Part shown: in pieces, positions 29,330 through 39,368 of the stretch
How positions within the stretch are numbered: position 1 is the first letter of the stretch
How the letters are laid out: the number at the start of each line of letters is the position of its first letter
NCBI GenBank assembly: GCA_937140905.1
Contig: CAKZQO010000053.1
Span: forward strand, 1-62,366
Reading direction: 5' to 3'
DNA length: 62,366 nucleotides
Source of the DNA: an uncultured Spirochaeta sp.
GTDB lineage: Bacteria > Spirochaetota > Spirochaetia > DTKZ01
Made by a program: the position numbers and the translations under genes
Notes under the pieces: generated by a model
What the model was told of the DNA's origin: nothing
Seen by the model: the letters and a program-made list of their open reading frames with translations, nothing else
Databases searched by the model: none

Positions 29330-29845
29330 CTATATATCCACATGGGTTTTTTCTTCAAGCCCGATACCTTTTCCTGACAATGAAAGAAAGATTTTGATGG
29401 AAAGTTGGACCAAAGCCAGGAACATGGAAACTGGAATCGAAAGAGTGGGCAGGACCATCGTAACCGGTAAAGATTGGGCAATCTGCATTTTCCCCTGTTG
29501 TACCATGGGAATCGAAAAGTATAAAAGTACGAAGAGGAATCCGAATACAAGAAGGTCTATACCGAAAGCAAGAATGAAGGCAGCTACTTTTCCCTGGATA
29601 CGATCAGGAACGAAAGTCAGACCAATATGTTCCCCTCGATAGATCCCCACGGATATAGCTAACGAAGCTGTCCAGATCATCAGATATCGTGAGAGTTCCT
29701 CTGTCCATCCGAGGGGGCTCAAAAACACATACCGGAAGATGACCCCAACGAGAACCGTCAGGGTCATGATTCCTAAGAGGATTCCACAGGCATACTCGAT
29801 GCTGCGATTCAATACTGCGGCAAAACGGTGTAAACCCCTTGGTTG
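29330..29845 (-). CDS. dctQ: TRAP transporter small permease
   Basis: DctQ-like with 4 TM helices. Start moved to the ATG at 29845 (MQPRGLHRFAAVLNRS) to avoid overlapping dctP. Confidence 0.78.
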   Translation of the reverse strand, partial: QPRGLHRFAAVLNRSIEYACGILLGIMTLTVLVGVIFRYVFLSPLGWTEELSRYLMIWTASLAISVGIYRGEHIGLTFVPDRIQGKVAAFILAFGIDLLVFGFLFVLLYFSIPMVQQGKMQIAQSLPVTMVLPTLSIPVSMFLALVQLSIKIFLSLSGKGIGLEEKTHVDI

Positions 29846-29861
29846 CATAAAAAACCTGTTT

Positions 29862-30890
29862 TTATTCCCGTTCCGCTTTCTCGATGGCCGCAAGGAACCG
29901 TTCTACCCACTGGGCACCTTCTTTGCCATACTGCTTTTCGATGAAGGCTTTGGCAGCAGGGATCGTCTTGTCCCGGAAGGCTTTCATCTCTGCCGGCGTG
30001 GGAGTATACACCTGCATCTTGGAAAGAAGCACGGGTAGCCCTTTCTCGGTAGAATCGATGATTCGGCTTAGTCCTCTACCTGCCAGGATTGCTTCTTGGG
30101 CGGCGTTGGACACTACCTTCTGTAGATCTGCAGGCAGACTCTGGTAGAATGTGTCACTCATCACCCAAACGTAGGGGGCATACAGGTGGTTCGTTAGGGT
30201 GGCGTACTTCTGTACTTCGTAGAACTTCGCCATATTGATGATAGAGATCGGATTCATCTGTCCATCTACGACCCCCGTTTGTAAGGATGTGTACACTTCA
30301 GCCCAGGCAATAGCGGTGGGTGATCCTCCGAGGGATTTGATGATTTCCTGATGCAGGGGCACGGTCATGGTTCGGATCTTGAGGCCTTTCATGTCATCCG
30401 GATTCTTTATAGGACGTTTCGAATTGGTAAAGATGAAGAACCCCCCCGATTCCCCAAAACCAAGAACCCGCAATTTGGTCTTCTGACGGATGTCTTCCGC
30501 CATGGCTTTTCCGAACTCACCATCGTATACCTTGTACCCTACAGTATAGCTAGAAAAGGCAAAGGGAAGGTTCGTCACATCGATCAAAGGATAGAATGTA
30601 GACATTCCACCGGTGGAGGCAATGTAACTCTGGACGATGTTTTGCTGCACCTGTAGCATCGTTTCCCGCTCTTTCCCTAAAACGCCGCTGTCATAGATCT
30701 GGACCTCGATCCGGCCATTGGAATTGGCTTCTACTGCGGACTTGAAGACCGCCGCAATCGCCGCAGAGGGAATTTCGAAGGGCTGTTGTGCGTTCAGATG
30801 GGCTATTTTCAGAGTAATTTTACTCTGGGCAAAGAGACTCATGGAAAGGCCTACGAGAAGTACCAGGGCGATAAGGCCTAACTTTTTCAT
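29862..30890 (-). CDS. dctP: TRAP transporter substrate-binding protein
   Basis: 342 aa with a signal peptide. DctP family. Confidence 0.9.
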   Translation of the reverse strand: MKKLGLIALVLLVGLSMSLFAQSKITLKIAHLNAQQPFEIPSAAIAAVFKSAVEANSNGRIEVQIYDSGVLGKERETMLQVQQNIVQSYIASTGGMSTFYPLIDVTNLPFAFSSYTVGYKVYDGEFGKAMAEDIRQKTKLRVLGFGESGGFFIFTNSKRPIKNPDDMKGLKIRTMTVPLHQEIIKSLGGSPTAIAWAEVYTSLQTGVVDGQMNPISIINMAKFYEVQKYATLTNHLYAPYVWVMSDTFYQSLPADLQKVVSNAAQEAILAGRGLSRIIDSTEKGLPVLLSKMQVYTPTPAEMKAFRDKTIPAAKAFIEKQYGKEGAQWVERFLAAIEKAERE

Positions 30891-30998
30891 GACTTACTCC
30901 TTTTTCCATAATGCGAATTCGTGCTTCGTTTCCATGCACCGCATGGTGCTTCTATTATGCGAACAGATTCACAGTTTTGTCCATGCCTTTTTTCATGC

Positions 30999-32294
30999 TT
31001 ACCGTACGGCTTTGCTTAAACCTTCGTCTAGGGCTTCTAGAATATCATCCGGGTGTTCCAGTCCGATGGAAAGACGGACAAGATCCGGGCTTAAACCCCC
31101 GGCGATCTGTTGATCGGGAGAAAGCTGGCTGTGGCTCGTGGAAGCCGGATGAAGGATGAGGCTTTTCGCATCCCCCACATTGGCTAAATGCGAGAAGAGG
31201 GGGATTGAGTCGATCAATCGCACTGCTGTATCATAGCCACCCTTTGGTCCGAATACCATCATTCCTCCAAATCCGTTCTTCAGGTATCGTTGGGCAATCT
31301 CATGGGCAGGATCTTTGCTTAAACCCGGGTATCGCACCCAGGCAACTCGCTTATCCTTTTCTAGGAATTCTGCCACTTTCAGTGCGTTGGAACAGTGTCT
31401 TTCCATTCTAAGGGGTAGAGTTTCAATACCTTGAAGGAAGATCCAAGCATTGTCCGGTGAGATGCAGGCGCCCAGGTTTCGAAGGGGAACGGTTCGCATC
31501 CTCAGAATGTAGGCAAGTTTCCCTTGGTCTCCCAGATCCTTGGCCCAGCGTAGTCCATGGTAGTTGGGATCGGGTTCGTTGAACAAGTCGAACTTCGGAT
31601 GAGACCAATCGAAGGAAGCTCCATCTACCACCAACCCTCCAATGGCTGCCCCATGTCCTCCCAGCCACTTGGTGAGGGAGTGTACCACCACATCTGCCCC
31701 ATGCTCGATCGGTCTTAAAAGATAGGGGGTCGTGAAGGTTGAGTCCACTATCAAAGGGAGATCATTCTCATGAGCTATCTCGGCATAGGTTTTTACGTCC
31801 GCCACATCCAATACAGGATTCCCTATAGTCTCGATATAGATAGCTCGGGTTCGTTTATTGATTGCCTGTTTTAGGGATTTGAAATCATTGTTGGGGACGA
31901 ACCGTACTGTAATACCGAATTGGGGAAGGATCGCGTCGAACATCGTGTAGGTACCACCGTAGAGGTTGTTGGCCGAAACGATTTCGTCCCCTGCCTTCGC
32001 AAGGGTTATGATGGAATAGAAAACAGCTGAGGTTCCAGAAGCGAGCGCCAATCCCGCTGCCCCACCTTCTAGGGCGGCTACCCGTTGCTCTAGCACATCC
32101 TGGGTAGGGTTCATGATACGGGTATAAATGTTCCCTGCCTCCTTTAAAGCGAAGAGATTGGCAGCGTGTTCAGTACTCTTGAACACATACGAGCTGGTGC
32201 GGTACACCGGAACGCCCCTGCTTAAGGTCGCCGGATCCGGCGTTTGACCCGCATGAAGGGCCAACGTTTCGAAGCGATACTTCCTCTGATTCAT
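30999..32294 (-). CDS. metY: O-acetylhomoserine (thiol)-lyase / sulfhydrylase
   Basis: PLP enzyme with FETLALHAGQ and HSLTKWLGGHG (Lys-PLP). The ATG at 32294 is preceded by GGGAGGAA; the track start at 32309 is a TTG. Confidence 0.9.
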   Translation of the reverse strand: MNQRKYRFETLALHAGQTPDPATLSRGVPVYRTSSYVFKSTEHAANLFALKEAGNIYTRIMNPTQDVLEQRVAALEGGAAGLALASGTSAVFYSIITLAKAGDEIVSANNLYGGTYTMFDAILPQFGITVRFVPNNDFKSLKQAINKRTRAIYIETIGNPVLDVADVKTYAEIAHENDLPLIVDSTFTTPYLLRPIEHGADVVVHSLTKWLGGHGAAIGGLVVDGASFDWSHPKFDLFNEPDPNYHGLRWAKDLGDQGKLAYILRMRTVPLRNLGACISPDNAWIFLQGIETLPLRMERHCSNALKVAEFLEKDKRVAWVRYPGLSKDPAHEIAQRYLKNGFGGMMVFGPKGGYDTAVRLIDSIPLFSHLANVGDAKSLILHPASTSHSQLSPDQQIAGGLSPDLVRLSIGLEHPDDILEALDEGLSKAVR

Positions 32295-32399
32295 GTAAGT
32301 TCCTCCCAAATTAAAATACTACTAATATGATAGCATTACTATTCTATCAGGCATCCCTTCCTTCTGTCTATCCCATGAGTATTATACTATACTCTAATC

Positions 32400-32786
32400 A
32401 TGAAAACGATTCTGACAGAAGAAGCGCCCATACCAAAGGGGCACTATGCGCAGGGGATTCTATCGGGAGGATTCTTGTTCATCTCTGGACAGCTGCCCAT
32501 TGATCCTAAAACAGGGAACCTCGTCTCAGGAGGAATGGAAGAGCAGGCTCTACGGGTTTTCAGGAATCTGGAAGCGGTAATTAAAGCCGCAGGAGGTTCC
32601 AAAGAAGACGTGGTAAAAGTGACGGTGTATATCCCCGACATCGGTCAGTGGAACACGGTGAATCGTATCTACGGAGAGTTCTTCGGAAACCACAAACCTG
32701 CCCGTTCGGTTGTTCCGACCCGGGAGTTGCATTACGGGGCCCTATTGGAGGTGGAAGCTATCGCATGGATAGCACCTCGAGGCTAA
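32400..32786 (+). CDS. ridA: RidA/YjgF family reactive-intermediate deaminase
   Basis: 128 aa with GHYAQG, SGQLPIDP, ARS...LP.GALLEVEAIA motifs. Confidence 0.88.
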   Translation: MKTILTEEAPIPKGHYAQGILSGGFLFISGQLPIDPKTGNLVSGGMEEQALRVFRNLEAVIKAAGGSKEDVVKVTVYIPDIGQWNTVNRIYGEFFGNHKPARSVVPTRELHYGALLEVEAIAWIAPRG

Positions 32787-32857
32787 TAGAGGCTTGAAAG
32801 GGGAGAAAAGGGTCACCCTCGGCAGGTTTCTGAAGGCCTTCCCTTTGGTATGTTTCC

Positions 32858-33973
32858 TCAAACCTTCAATCCGTGGATCTGGGCGATTTTTTCCGATTCT
32901 TTCAGTCCGTGTCCTGTGAGGAAGATGATGGAGTTTTCCCGTTCTTCTACGGGCATTTGCAACCACCCAGCCAGAGCCGTAGCCGAGGTAGGTTCTGTAT
33001 AGAAGCCGTGCCGAAGGAGGAGAGCATGGGCGGTCCGTATGGAATCTTCCGAAACCGACAGGATAGTGCCTCCGCTCCGCCGGACCGCCTCTAGTACTGC
33101 CGATGCTCGAGGAGGACGGGATACGGCGATTCCTTCTGCTAGGGTAGGTTTAGTTTCTACCGGAGCTCCTACATCAAGGCCCAAGAAGTAGGCCTCATAG
33201 AGAGGTCTACAGTTATGGGCTTGCACTCCGATGAGGCGGGGAATGGTTCTCACCAAACCCGAAAGTTGAAGGGTTCGGAAACCCCGGTAGATACCTTCCA
33301 GGTATCCTCCACTTCCAAGGGGAACCATGATGGAATGGGGCAGCTCCCCTCGGAGCTGCTCCCACAGTTCGAAAGCGGCACTCATGTGGCCCTGGACAAA
33401 GAAGGGATTCCAGAGATGGCTCCCATAGTAGATAGTCGTTGCAGCTTTCAGCACCGCATCGTTAGTATCTTGTCGGGTTCCAGGGACTTTTACTACCTCC
33501 GCCCCATAGAGTCGAGTCTGGATCAATTTCCCTTCGGGCGTATAGGCGGGAGCAAAGATCCGGCACTTGATCCCTGCTACCGCACAGTAGGCTGCCATGC
33601 TAGCTCCCGCGTTTCCCGAACTGTCTTCAACCAATTCTTCAATCCCCAGCACCTTGCAGAGGGATACCAGTACGCTAGCTCCTCGATCCTTGAAGGAGCC
33701 AGAGGGCATCAGATAGTCTAGCTTGAACCGGACTTCCGTTCCCTCGATCCGTTCCGTTACAATTGGTGTCCATCCTTCTCCCAAGGAAATGGAAGGGGCA
33801 TGAGGTGGCAGTTGGTAACTTTCCCGGTACCGCCAAATACTGTAGCCCCGATTGGCAAAAGTTTCCCTAGAAAAGGTGGTTTCTTCCAGTAGAGTAAGGA
33901 ACCCACCGCAATCACACCTCCATCGGAGCTCTAAGATGGAATAGGTCTTTCCGCAGGAATAGCAGGAATACAT
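32858..33973 (-). CDS. Threonine-synthase-family PLP enzyme
   Basis: 371 aa. N-terminal Zn-ribbon (CYSCGKTY...WRCDCGG), PLP lysine motif PSGSFKDRGA, and SSGNAG. Confidence 0.78.
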   Translation of the reverse strand: MYSCYSCGKTYSILELRWRCDCGGFLTLLEETTFSRETFANRGYSIWRYRESYQLPPHAPSISLGEGWTPIVTERIEGTEVRFKLDYLMPSGSFKDRGASVLVSLCKVLGIEELVEDSSGNAGASMAAYCAVAGIKCRIFAPAYTPEGKLIQTRLYGAEVVKVPGTRQDTNDAVLKAATTIYYGSHLWNPFFVQGHMSAAFELWEQLRGELPHSIMVPLGSGGYLEGIYRGFRTLQLSGLVRTIPRLIGVQAHNCRPLYEAYFLGLDVGAPVETKPTLAEGIAVSRPPRASAVLEAVRRSGGTILSVSEDSIRTAHALLLRHGFYTEPTSATALAGWLQMPVEERENSIIFLTGHGLKESEKIAQIHGLKV

Positions 33974-33986
33974 GGCGAAGTTGGGA

Positions 33987-34703
33987 CTATTTCTTTACCG
34001 CGTTCAGACCACCACTGATCTTCAGAATATTCCGGTCGAAGGAGACTTGTAGGCTCCCTTGCCACTGGAACATGGCATCCTCTACTCCGTTATCGTCCGT
34101 AATGGTTCCTGTCTTGGTGGCAACACCTGCTTTAATTTCCTTTCCTCCCGGAATAGAAGCATTCCACACCTTCTTCCAGTCTACTTTGGCAGCTGTTCCG
34201 TCGGAAGAGAAGTCCGTGGAAATTACTTGGGGATTTTCACCCTGGATGAACCCTATGGTTCTCCGCACATAGTTACCTTTGGGGAAGGTGAATCGTCCCT
34301 GTGGATCCGTTTCCAGTTTGTATGCGGTTCCTCGATGGACGTACTGTACGGTAATAACCCCATTCGGTGCCTTGGAAACGGTAAGGTTATCCAGAACGCG
34401 CTGGTTTTTCGGAGCTACGGCGAAGAGAAAAAGCCCTCGCAGTCCAGTTGGAAATACCTGCTTTCCTTTTACATCGTAGAGATAGGGCATGAACATCTCG
34501 GTAGAGTTCTTCTTTGATGCACCCGTAGCCGCGTCGAATGTGTCTTTCTCTGCCATCATGTAGCGGATGGGGCCCTTGAAGGTGAAATAGTTGGCAGGAT
34601 CATCCGCAGCTACGTTTACCTGATAATCGATGGTGAGATCCTGGGCAAACGCCGCGATGGCTCCTCCCATGAGCAGTACAAGTACCAGCCATTTTCCTTT
34701 CAT
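33987..34703 (-). CDS. Secreted hypothetical protein
   Basis: 238 aa with a signal peptide (LLMGGAIAAFAQ). Beta-rich. No family recognised. Confidence 0.55.
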   Translation of the reverse strand: MKGKWLVLVLLMGGAIAAFAQDLTIDYQVNVAADDPANYFTFKGPIRYMMAEKDTFDAATGASKKNSTEMFMPYLYDVKGKQVFPTGLRGLFLFAVAPKNQRVLDNLTVSKAPNGVITVQYVHRGTAYKLETDPQGRFTFPKGNYVRRTIGFIQGENPQVISTDFSSDGTAAKVDWKKVWNASIPGGKEIKAGVATKTGTITDDNGVEDAMFQWQGSLQVSFDRNILKISGGLNAVKK

Positions 34704-34816
34704 GTGTGTTTTCCTCCTGTGTATGGATTATTAGAACTTTAGAAAAACACTAACATAATAGATGCCTTTTTATCAATAGGAATTTTTACATTCTCATCGA
34801 GAGGAGGGAATTCACC

Positions 34817-36532
34817 ATGATTGGCAAGACATGGTACAGTGCTAGTATGGCGCAACAGGAATCGAACAAGATTATCTTTTCCATGGTCAGAGTGGGAAAG
34901 GTTTACAACCAAAAGACAGTGTTAAAGGATATTTCCCTCTCCTACTTCTATGGGGCCAAGATTGGTGTGATAGGGTTGAACGGATCGGGAAAAAGCACTC
35001 TTCTGCGGATTATGGCAGGGGTAGAGAAGGACTTTTTAGGAAAGACGATCCTTGCCCCTGGGTATACCATCGGATACTTGGAGCAGGAACCCGTGTTGGA
35101 TCCGGCGAAGACGGTTCGGCAGGTAGTGGAGGAAGGGGTACAACCGGTAGTGGATCTACTGAAAGAGTTCGACCGAATTAACGAGCAGTTTGCCACCCCT
35201 CTTTCGGATGAGGAAATGAATAAGCTCTTGGAACGTCAGGGAAAAATCCAGGAAGATCTGGATCGTCTAGGGGGATGGGATCTTGATTCGAGACTGGAAA
35301 TGGCAATGGATGCCTTACGATGTCCTCCTGCCGATACCAAGATTGGGGTGCTTTCCGGTGGAGAACGAAGACGGGTAGCCCTCTGCAGGCTCCTTTTGAA
35401 GAAGCCGGATATTCTTCTTTTGGATGAACCGACGAACCATCTGGATGCAGAAACGGTAGCCTGGCTAGAGCACCATTTGAAAGAGTATCCGGGTACCGTT
35501 ATTGCCGTTACTCATGATCGATATTTCTTGGACAATGTAGCGGAATGGATTCTGGAACTTGATCGGGGGGAAGGAATTCCTTGGAAGGGGAACTATTCCT
35601 CCTGGTTGGAACAAAAACAACTACGGTTACAGCAGGAGGAAAAACGGGTCACTGAGCGGCAGAAAACGCTGGAACGGGAACTGGAATGGATTCGGATGAG
35701 TCCACGGGGACGGCAGGCAAAGTCAAAGGCCCGGATCAACGCCTACGAAAAACTCCTTTCAGAGGATGGTGGGAAACAGGAGAAAGAATTGGAGATCTAT
35801 ATTCCCCCGGGGCCCCGGCTAGGAGATCTAGTGATCGAAGCGAAGGATGTTAGGAAACAGTATGGAGACCTGATTCTGTTCGAGGGGATGAGTTTCCAAA
35901 TTCCTCCGGGCGCCATCGTTGGCATTATTGGACCGAATGGGGCAGGGAAGACGACTCTGTTTAAATTGATTACCGGTCAAGAAAAGCCGGATGGGGGAAC
36001 CATTCGGATCGGTGAAACCGTAAAGATGACGTATGTGGATCAATTGCGGGAGAAGCTGGATCCCCATAAGACGATCTGGGAACTGATTTCCGGTGGGCAA
36101 GATACGTTACGATTAGGGAAGCGGGAGGTTAATTCTCGAGCCTACGTAGCCCAGTTCAATTTCTCTGGACAGGACCAGGGAAAAAAGGTGGGGCAGCTAT
36201 CTGGTGGAGAACGAAACCGGGTGCATTTGGCCCTCATGTTCAAGGAGGGAGCTAACGTCCTTCTCCTGGACGAACCAACCAACGATCTAGATGTGAATAC
36301 CATGCGAGCTTTGGAGGAAGGACTGTTGAACTTTGCGGGATGCGTGCTGGTAATCAGTCATGACCGTTGGTTTTTGGACAGAATCGTGACCCATATTCTC
36401 TCCTTCGAAGGGGATAGTCGGGTGTATTGGTTCGAAGGAAACTTTACCGAGTACGAGGAAGACAAACGAAAACGTCTGGGAGTTGCCGCGGTAGAACCTC
36501 ACCGGATCAAGTATCGGCGCCTCACCCGGTAG
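34817..36532 (+). CDS. ettA: ABC-F translation factor (energy-dependent translational throttle EttA)
   Basis: Two ABC cassettes (GLNGSGKST, LSGGERRRVAL; GPNGAGKTT, LSGGERNRV). The conserved EttA N-terminus begins at MAQQ (34847). The ATG at 34817 has the better SD site (GAGGAGGG). Confidence 0.92.
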   Translation: MIGKTWYSASMAQQESNKIIFSMVRVGKVYNQKTVLKDISLSYFYGAKIGVIGLNGSGKSTLLRIMAGVEKDFLGKTILAPGYTIGYLEQEPVLDPAKTVRQVVEEGVQPVVDLLKEFDRINEQFATPLSDEEMNKLLERQGKIQEDLDRLGGWDLDSRLEMAMDALRCPPADTKIGVLSGGERRRVALCRLLLKKPDILLLDEPTNHLDAETVAWLEHHLKEYPGTVIAVTHDRYFLDNVAEWILELDRGEGIPWKGNYSSWLEQKQLRLQQEEKRVTERQKTLERELEWIRMSPRGRQAKSKARINAYEKLLSEDGGKQEKELEIYIPPGPRLGDLVIEAKDVRKQYGDLILFEGMSFQIPPGAIVGIIGPNGAGKTTLFKLITGQEKPDGGTIRIGETVKMTYVDQLREKLDPHKTIWELISGGQDTLRLGKREVNSRAYVAQFNFSGQDQGKKVGQLSGGERNRVHLALMFKEGANVLLLDEPTNDLDVNTMRALEEGLLNFAGCVLVISHDRWFLDRIVTHILSFEGDSRVYWFEGNFTEYEEDKRKRLGVAAVEPHRIKYRRLTR

Positions 36533-36645
36533 AAGGATGGGATTTCTGGGAGGGAAGCGACGCTCTCCTAGCGGTTTCAGAAAGGCAGGAAAAAAAGCAC
36601 CTCGAAGATCCAGCGGAAGACCTGGAAGAGGTGTATACTATAGAT

Positions 36646-37581
36646 ATGGGTTTTTTAGGGATCTGGATTCTTGCCCTTCTTTCTTCCTGCCGGACGCTTT
36701 TCCCAATGCCCATAGAGGAAAAAACACTCTCTTCTGTTCAGAGCTGGGCGTATCAGTTGCAGGATATCGATCTTTCAGCTATCGAAAGAAGTCCCTACGA
36801 TCTTGTTGTGATGGATTATTCGAGGGATGGGTCCGATGGGGGCATGTGGTCTGCTGCTGAAATCCGGCGGGTAAGGGAATCGGGGTCGGGAAAGATCCTC
36901 CTATCGTACCTTTCCGTAGGAGAAGCGGAATCTCATCGCTCGTACTGGAAAAGTTCCTGGATGCCGGGGAATCCTTCCTGGTTGGGCAAGGCAATCGCTT
37001 TAACAGATGGCCGACCGACCCGATTCAACGTGCAATACTGGTCCTCCGAGTGGCGATCAATCCTCAAGAACTCATTGGATAGGATGATCTCTCAAGGGTT
37101 TAGCGGAGTTCTCCTCGATGGGTGTGATGCGTATACCTACTGGTCCGATGATCGAACTGGGGAATCCACAGTTCTGAATAGGCAAATAGCTGCAGATTGG
37201 ATGGTAGAGCTGATTGCTGAGCTATCCGAGTATGCCCACAGTCGAGCACCGGAGTTCATTGTTTGCGTACAGGAACGCACGAGACTACTATCCGCTGTTT
37301 CGAACATCTCGAAAGGAGAACAATACCTTAAAGCGATTCAAGGCCTGATCGCTCCCAGTATTTTTTTCCCGGGAGAAGCATTGGAAGACAATCCCTTTGC
37401 GCCGGAAACCGATCTCATAGAATATTTTCAGGACCTTCGTTCCAGAGGGAAGGTGATTTTTTCTCTTGAATACCTTGCGCAGACAAACAATGCTCTTGAT
37501 CGATACTTTCGAGAGGTGAAACTGTATGGGTTTCTTCCTTACGCAGCCAACCGTGCTCTCAATACCCTTCGTACCCGCTAA
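36646..37581 (+). CDS. Putative glycoside-hydrolase-like lipoprotein (GH114 / TM1410-type TIM barrel)
   Basis: Start moved to MGFLGIWILALLSSC (lipobox) because the track ORF overlaps the end of ettA. Contains WAYQLQ..., DLVVMDYSRDG, YLSVGEAE and GVLLDG motifs. Confidence 0.55.
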   Translation: MGFLGIWILALLSSCRTLFPMPIEEKTLSSVQSWAYQLQDIDLSAIERSPYDLVVMDYSRDGSDGGMWSAAEIRRVRESGSGKILLSYLSVGEAESHRSYWKSSWMPGNPSWLGKAIALTDGRPTRFNVQYWSSEWRSILKNSLDRMISQGFSGVLLDGCDAYTYWSDDRTGESTVLNRQIAADWMVELIAELSEYAHSRAPEFIVCVQERTRLLSAVSNISKGEQYLKAIQGLIAPSIFFPGEALEDNPFAPETDLIEYFQDLRSRGKVIFSLEYLAQTNNALDRYFREVKLYGFLPYAANRALNTLRTR

Positions 37582-37754
37582 ACATCATCTTGCAATTCGA
37601 GGCTTGCCAATCTTGGGTAAAATGTAGTAATTTATTGTGTAGAAGGTAACTACAAAATGGAACAAGCGTTCGACTCTCATAAGAGTTGTTGCAACTAGGC
37701 CCAGGAGGGTCGCCGTACTCCTGGGCCGTAACCATTACGGAACAGGAGGCGGTT

Positions 37755-38405
37755 ATGAAAGCGCTTGGTCATTTCAAGGACCCCCTCTTGCTTGGGGGAT
37801 TCGTCTCTAACATTTTTAACGGATTCCTCAATCCACTCTATATTTCAGCTATTTTGGGGAAAATAGAACCTCAATTCCTATCGATAGGATCCTTCATGGC
37901 TTCTGCCTTCCCCGCCCTACTGGGTATCCTCATGGAGAACTCCCGGTTATTCGAAACATTGTTCCGATTTCTACCCTTTTTAATGGCAGGAGAGGTACTT
38001 CTGACGGCACTGGTGATCTACACTTCTAAGGGAGATGCAGTTGTGATTTACTTGGCCGGGATGTTCATCTTTGGGGTATTCAGTACCTCTATCCTATACC
38101 TTCTCCAGCGGGTGAAGGAAGTTCTCTATGAGGGTGATCGAGCTAGATGGGACAGGCGTATCGCATCTGCCGATGCGTTGGGATACCTCGTGGGATCTGC
38201 TCTCGTGGCCCTGGGAAAAGTGGAAGGTCAGGATCCGACCCTCATCGCAGTGGCGGGATTGCTCCAAACGGTCCTTGTGTATACTTTCTTCCTTGTTTCT
38301 TACCTAGCGGTGCGCAGAAAACTCATTCAACAAGTAGAAGAAGAGGTGCCCCCCCAATGGGGCTGGAACACCTTCAATAGACTCTGTTTCTGCGTTGCCC
38401 GATAA
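37755..38405 (+). CDS. Membrane protein, hypothetical
   Basis: About 216 aa with several TM helices. The ATG at 37755 is preceded by AGGAGG. Confidence 0.55.
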   Translation: MKALGHFKDPLLLGGFVSNIFNGFLNPLYISAILGKIEPQFLSIGSFMASAFPALLGILMENSRLFETLFRFLPFLMAGEVLLTALVIYTSKGDAVVIYLAGMFIFGVFSTSILYLLQRVKEVLYEGDRARWDRRIASADALGYLVGSALVALGKVEGQDPTLIAVAGLLQTVLVYTFFLVSYLAVRRKLIQQVEEEVPPQWGWNTFNRLCFCVAR

Positions 38406-38423
38406 CCGATTGCAACAATGTAA

Positions 38424-39368
38424 TTGGGACGATACAGTACGAGTAGGATGAGGATGTACTCGCTAGAGAATCGAGCCTCTCTTTCTTTCTTGAAGGGGGG
38501 GCTCCTTTCTCATGGGGCATCCCTTTTACCAACCCTGATCCTTTTGATGATTTTTCTGGCTGGAAGAAGTCCCCTGTATGGAATTCCTCCCCGAATCGGA
38601 GTAGTGATAGGAGAAAGTGCTCTCCAAACCTCCGAAGCGTGGAGCGAACTTGTTACCTTTATAGAGGAACGATTTGGGATTGTTCTGCAGTACGAAGTGT
38701 TCGATGGACATCGTTCCTTGCTGAAAGCCTTGAAGGAACGATGGATCGACCTATGCTTTATTGATCCCGCTTGGTATGTCAGGGAACAGGATTGGATCCG
38801 GCCATTGCTACGAACGGTTGTAGGGGGGCAATTAGAGTATCGGGTTTTCCTCATCGTACACAGAAACTCTATCTTTTACCGGACTTCCGAACTACAAGAA
38901 TTCGAACTCTACCTCAAACACCCACACGAAGAGATGGCTGGCTTCTATGCGCCATTGGCCTTCCTCGGTTCCTATTCGCCTGTACCTAGAAGCTCTATCC
39001 GTTTCCTTGACTCCCACGAAAGCATCCTCAAAGGAGTTGCGTTCGGAAAGGGGAAGGAGGTGGGAGCGATCCCAGAGTATCTGTGGAACCTGAACCGTGG
39101 AAGCCGCGTACTGGAGAATTTGCGAATTCTGGCATCACTTCCCGAGATACCGACTCCTCTACTAGTGATGCGTGCTTCCGATGAAGAGGCGAGATTCCAC
39201 GATGTGGTTAGGGCTCTTTCCGCCCTATCCACAATGGAGGAAGGGAAACAGATCTTGGAGAGGACTTCCTTTTCGGGCTTTTCGGCCAATAGAATACCAA
39301 ACGAAGCTCTTATGGCGCTTTCAGAGCAGATCCGTAAGGTAGACGCTTACTATGGCCCTCCAAAGTAA
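38424..39368 (+). CDS. PhnD-like periplasmic substrate-binding domain protein (sensor partner)
   Basis: 314 aa with an N-terminal TM/signal segment. Type-2 periplasmic-binding fold resembling phosphonate-binding PhnD (IGVVIGES...DLCFIDPAWYV). Overlaps the downstream kinase gene. Confidence 0.6.
   Translation: MGRYSTSRMRMYSLENRASLSFLKGGLLSHGASLLPTLILLMIFLAGRSPLYGIPPRIGVVIGESALQTSEAWSELVTFIEERFGIVLQYEVFDGHRSLLKALKERWIDLCFIDPAWYVREQDWIRPLLRTVVGGQLEYRVFLIVHRNSIFYRTSELQEFELYLKHPHEEMAGFYAPLAFLGSYSPVPRSSIRFLDSHESILKGVAFGKGKEVGAIPEYLWNLNRGSRVLENLRILASLPEIPTPLLVMRASDEEARFHDVVRALSALSTMEEGKQILERTSFSGFSANRIPNEALMALSEQIRKVDAYYGPPK

Noticed and set aside
30936-30949. GCACC-gcat-GGTGC palindrome upstream of dctP resembling an NtrC-type half-site pair
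   Set aside because: I found no -24/-12 element with the correct GG-N10-GC register between it and dctP. The evidence is too weak for a regulatory call.
37698-37727. Perfect 10-bp hairpin ggcccaggag-N10-ctcctgggcc upstream of the 37755 gene
   Set aside because: No T-tract follows, so it is not an intrinsic terminator. It is a single copy in the window, so it is not a REP-type repeat family as far as I can see. It is probably a leader structure of unknown significance.
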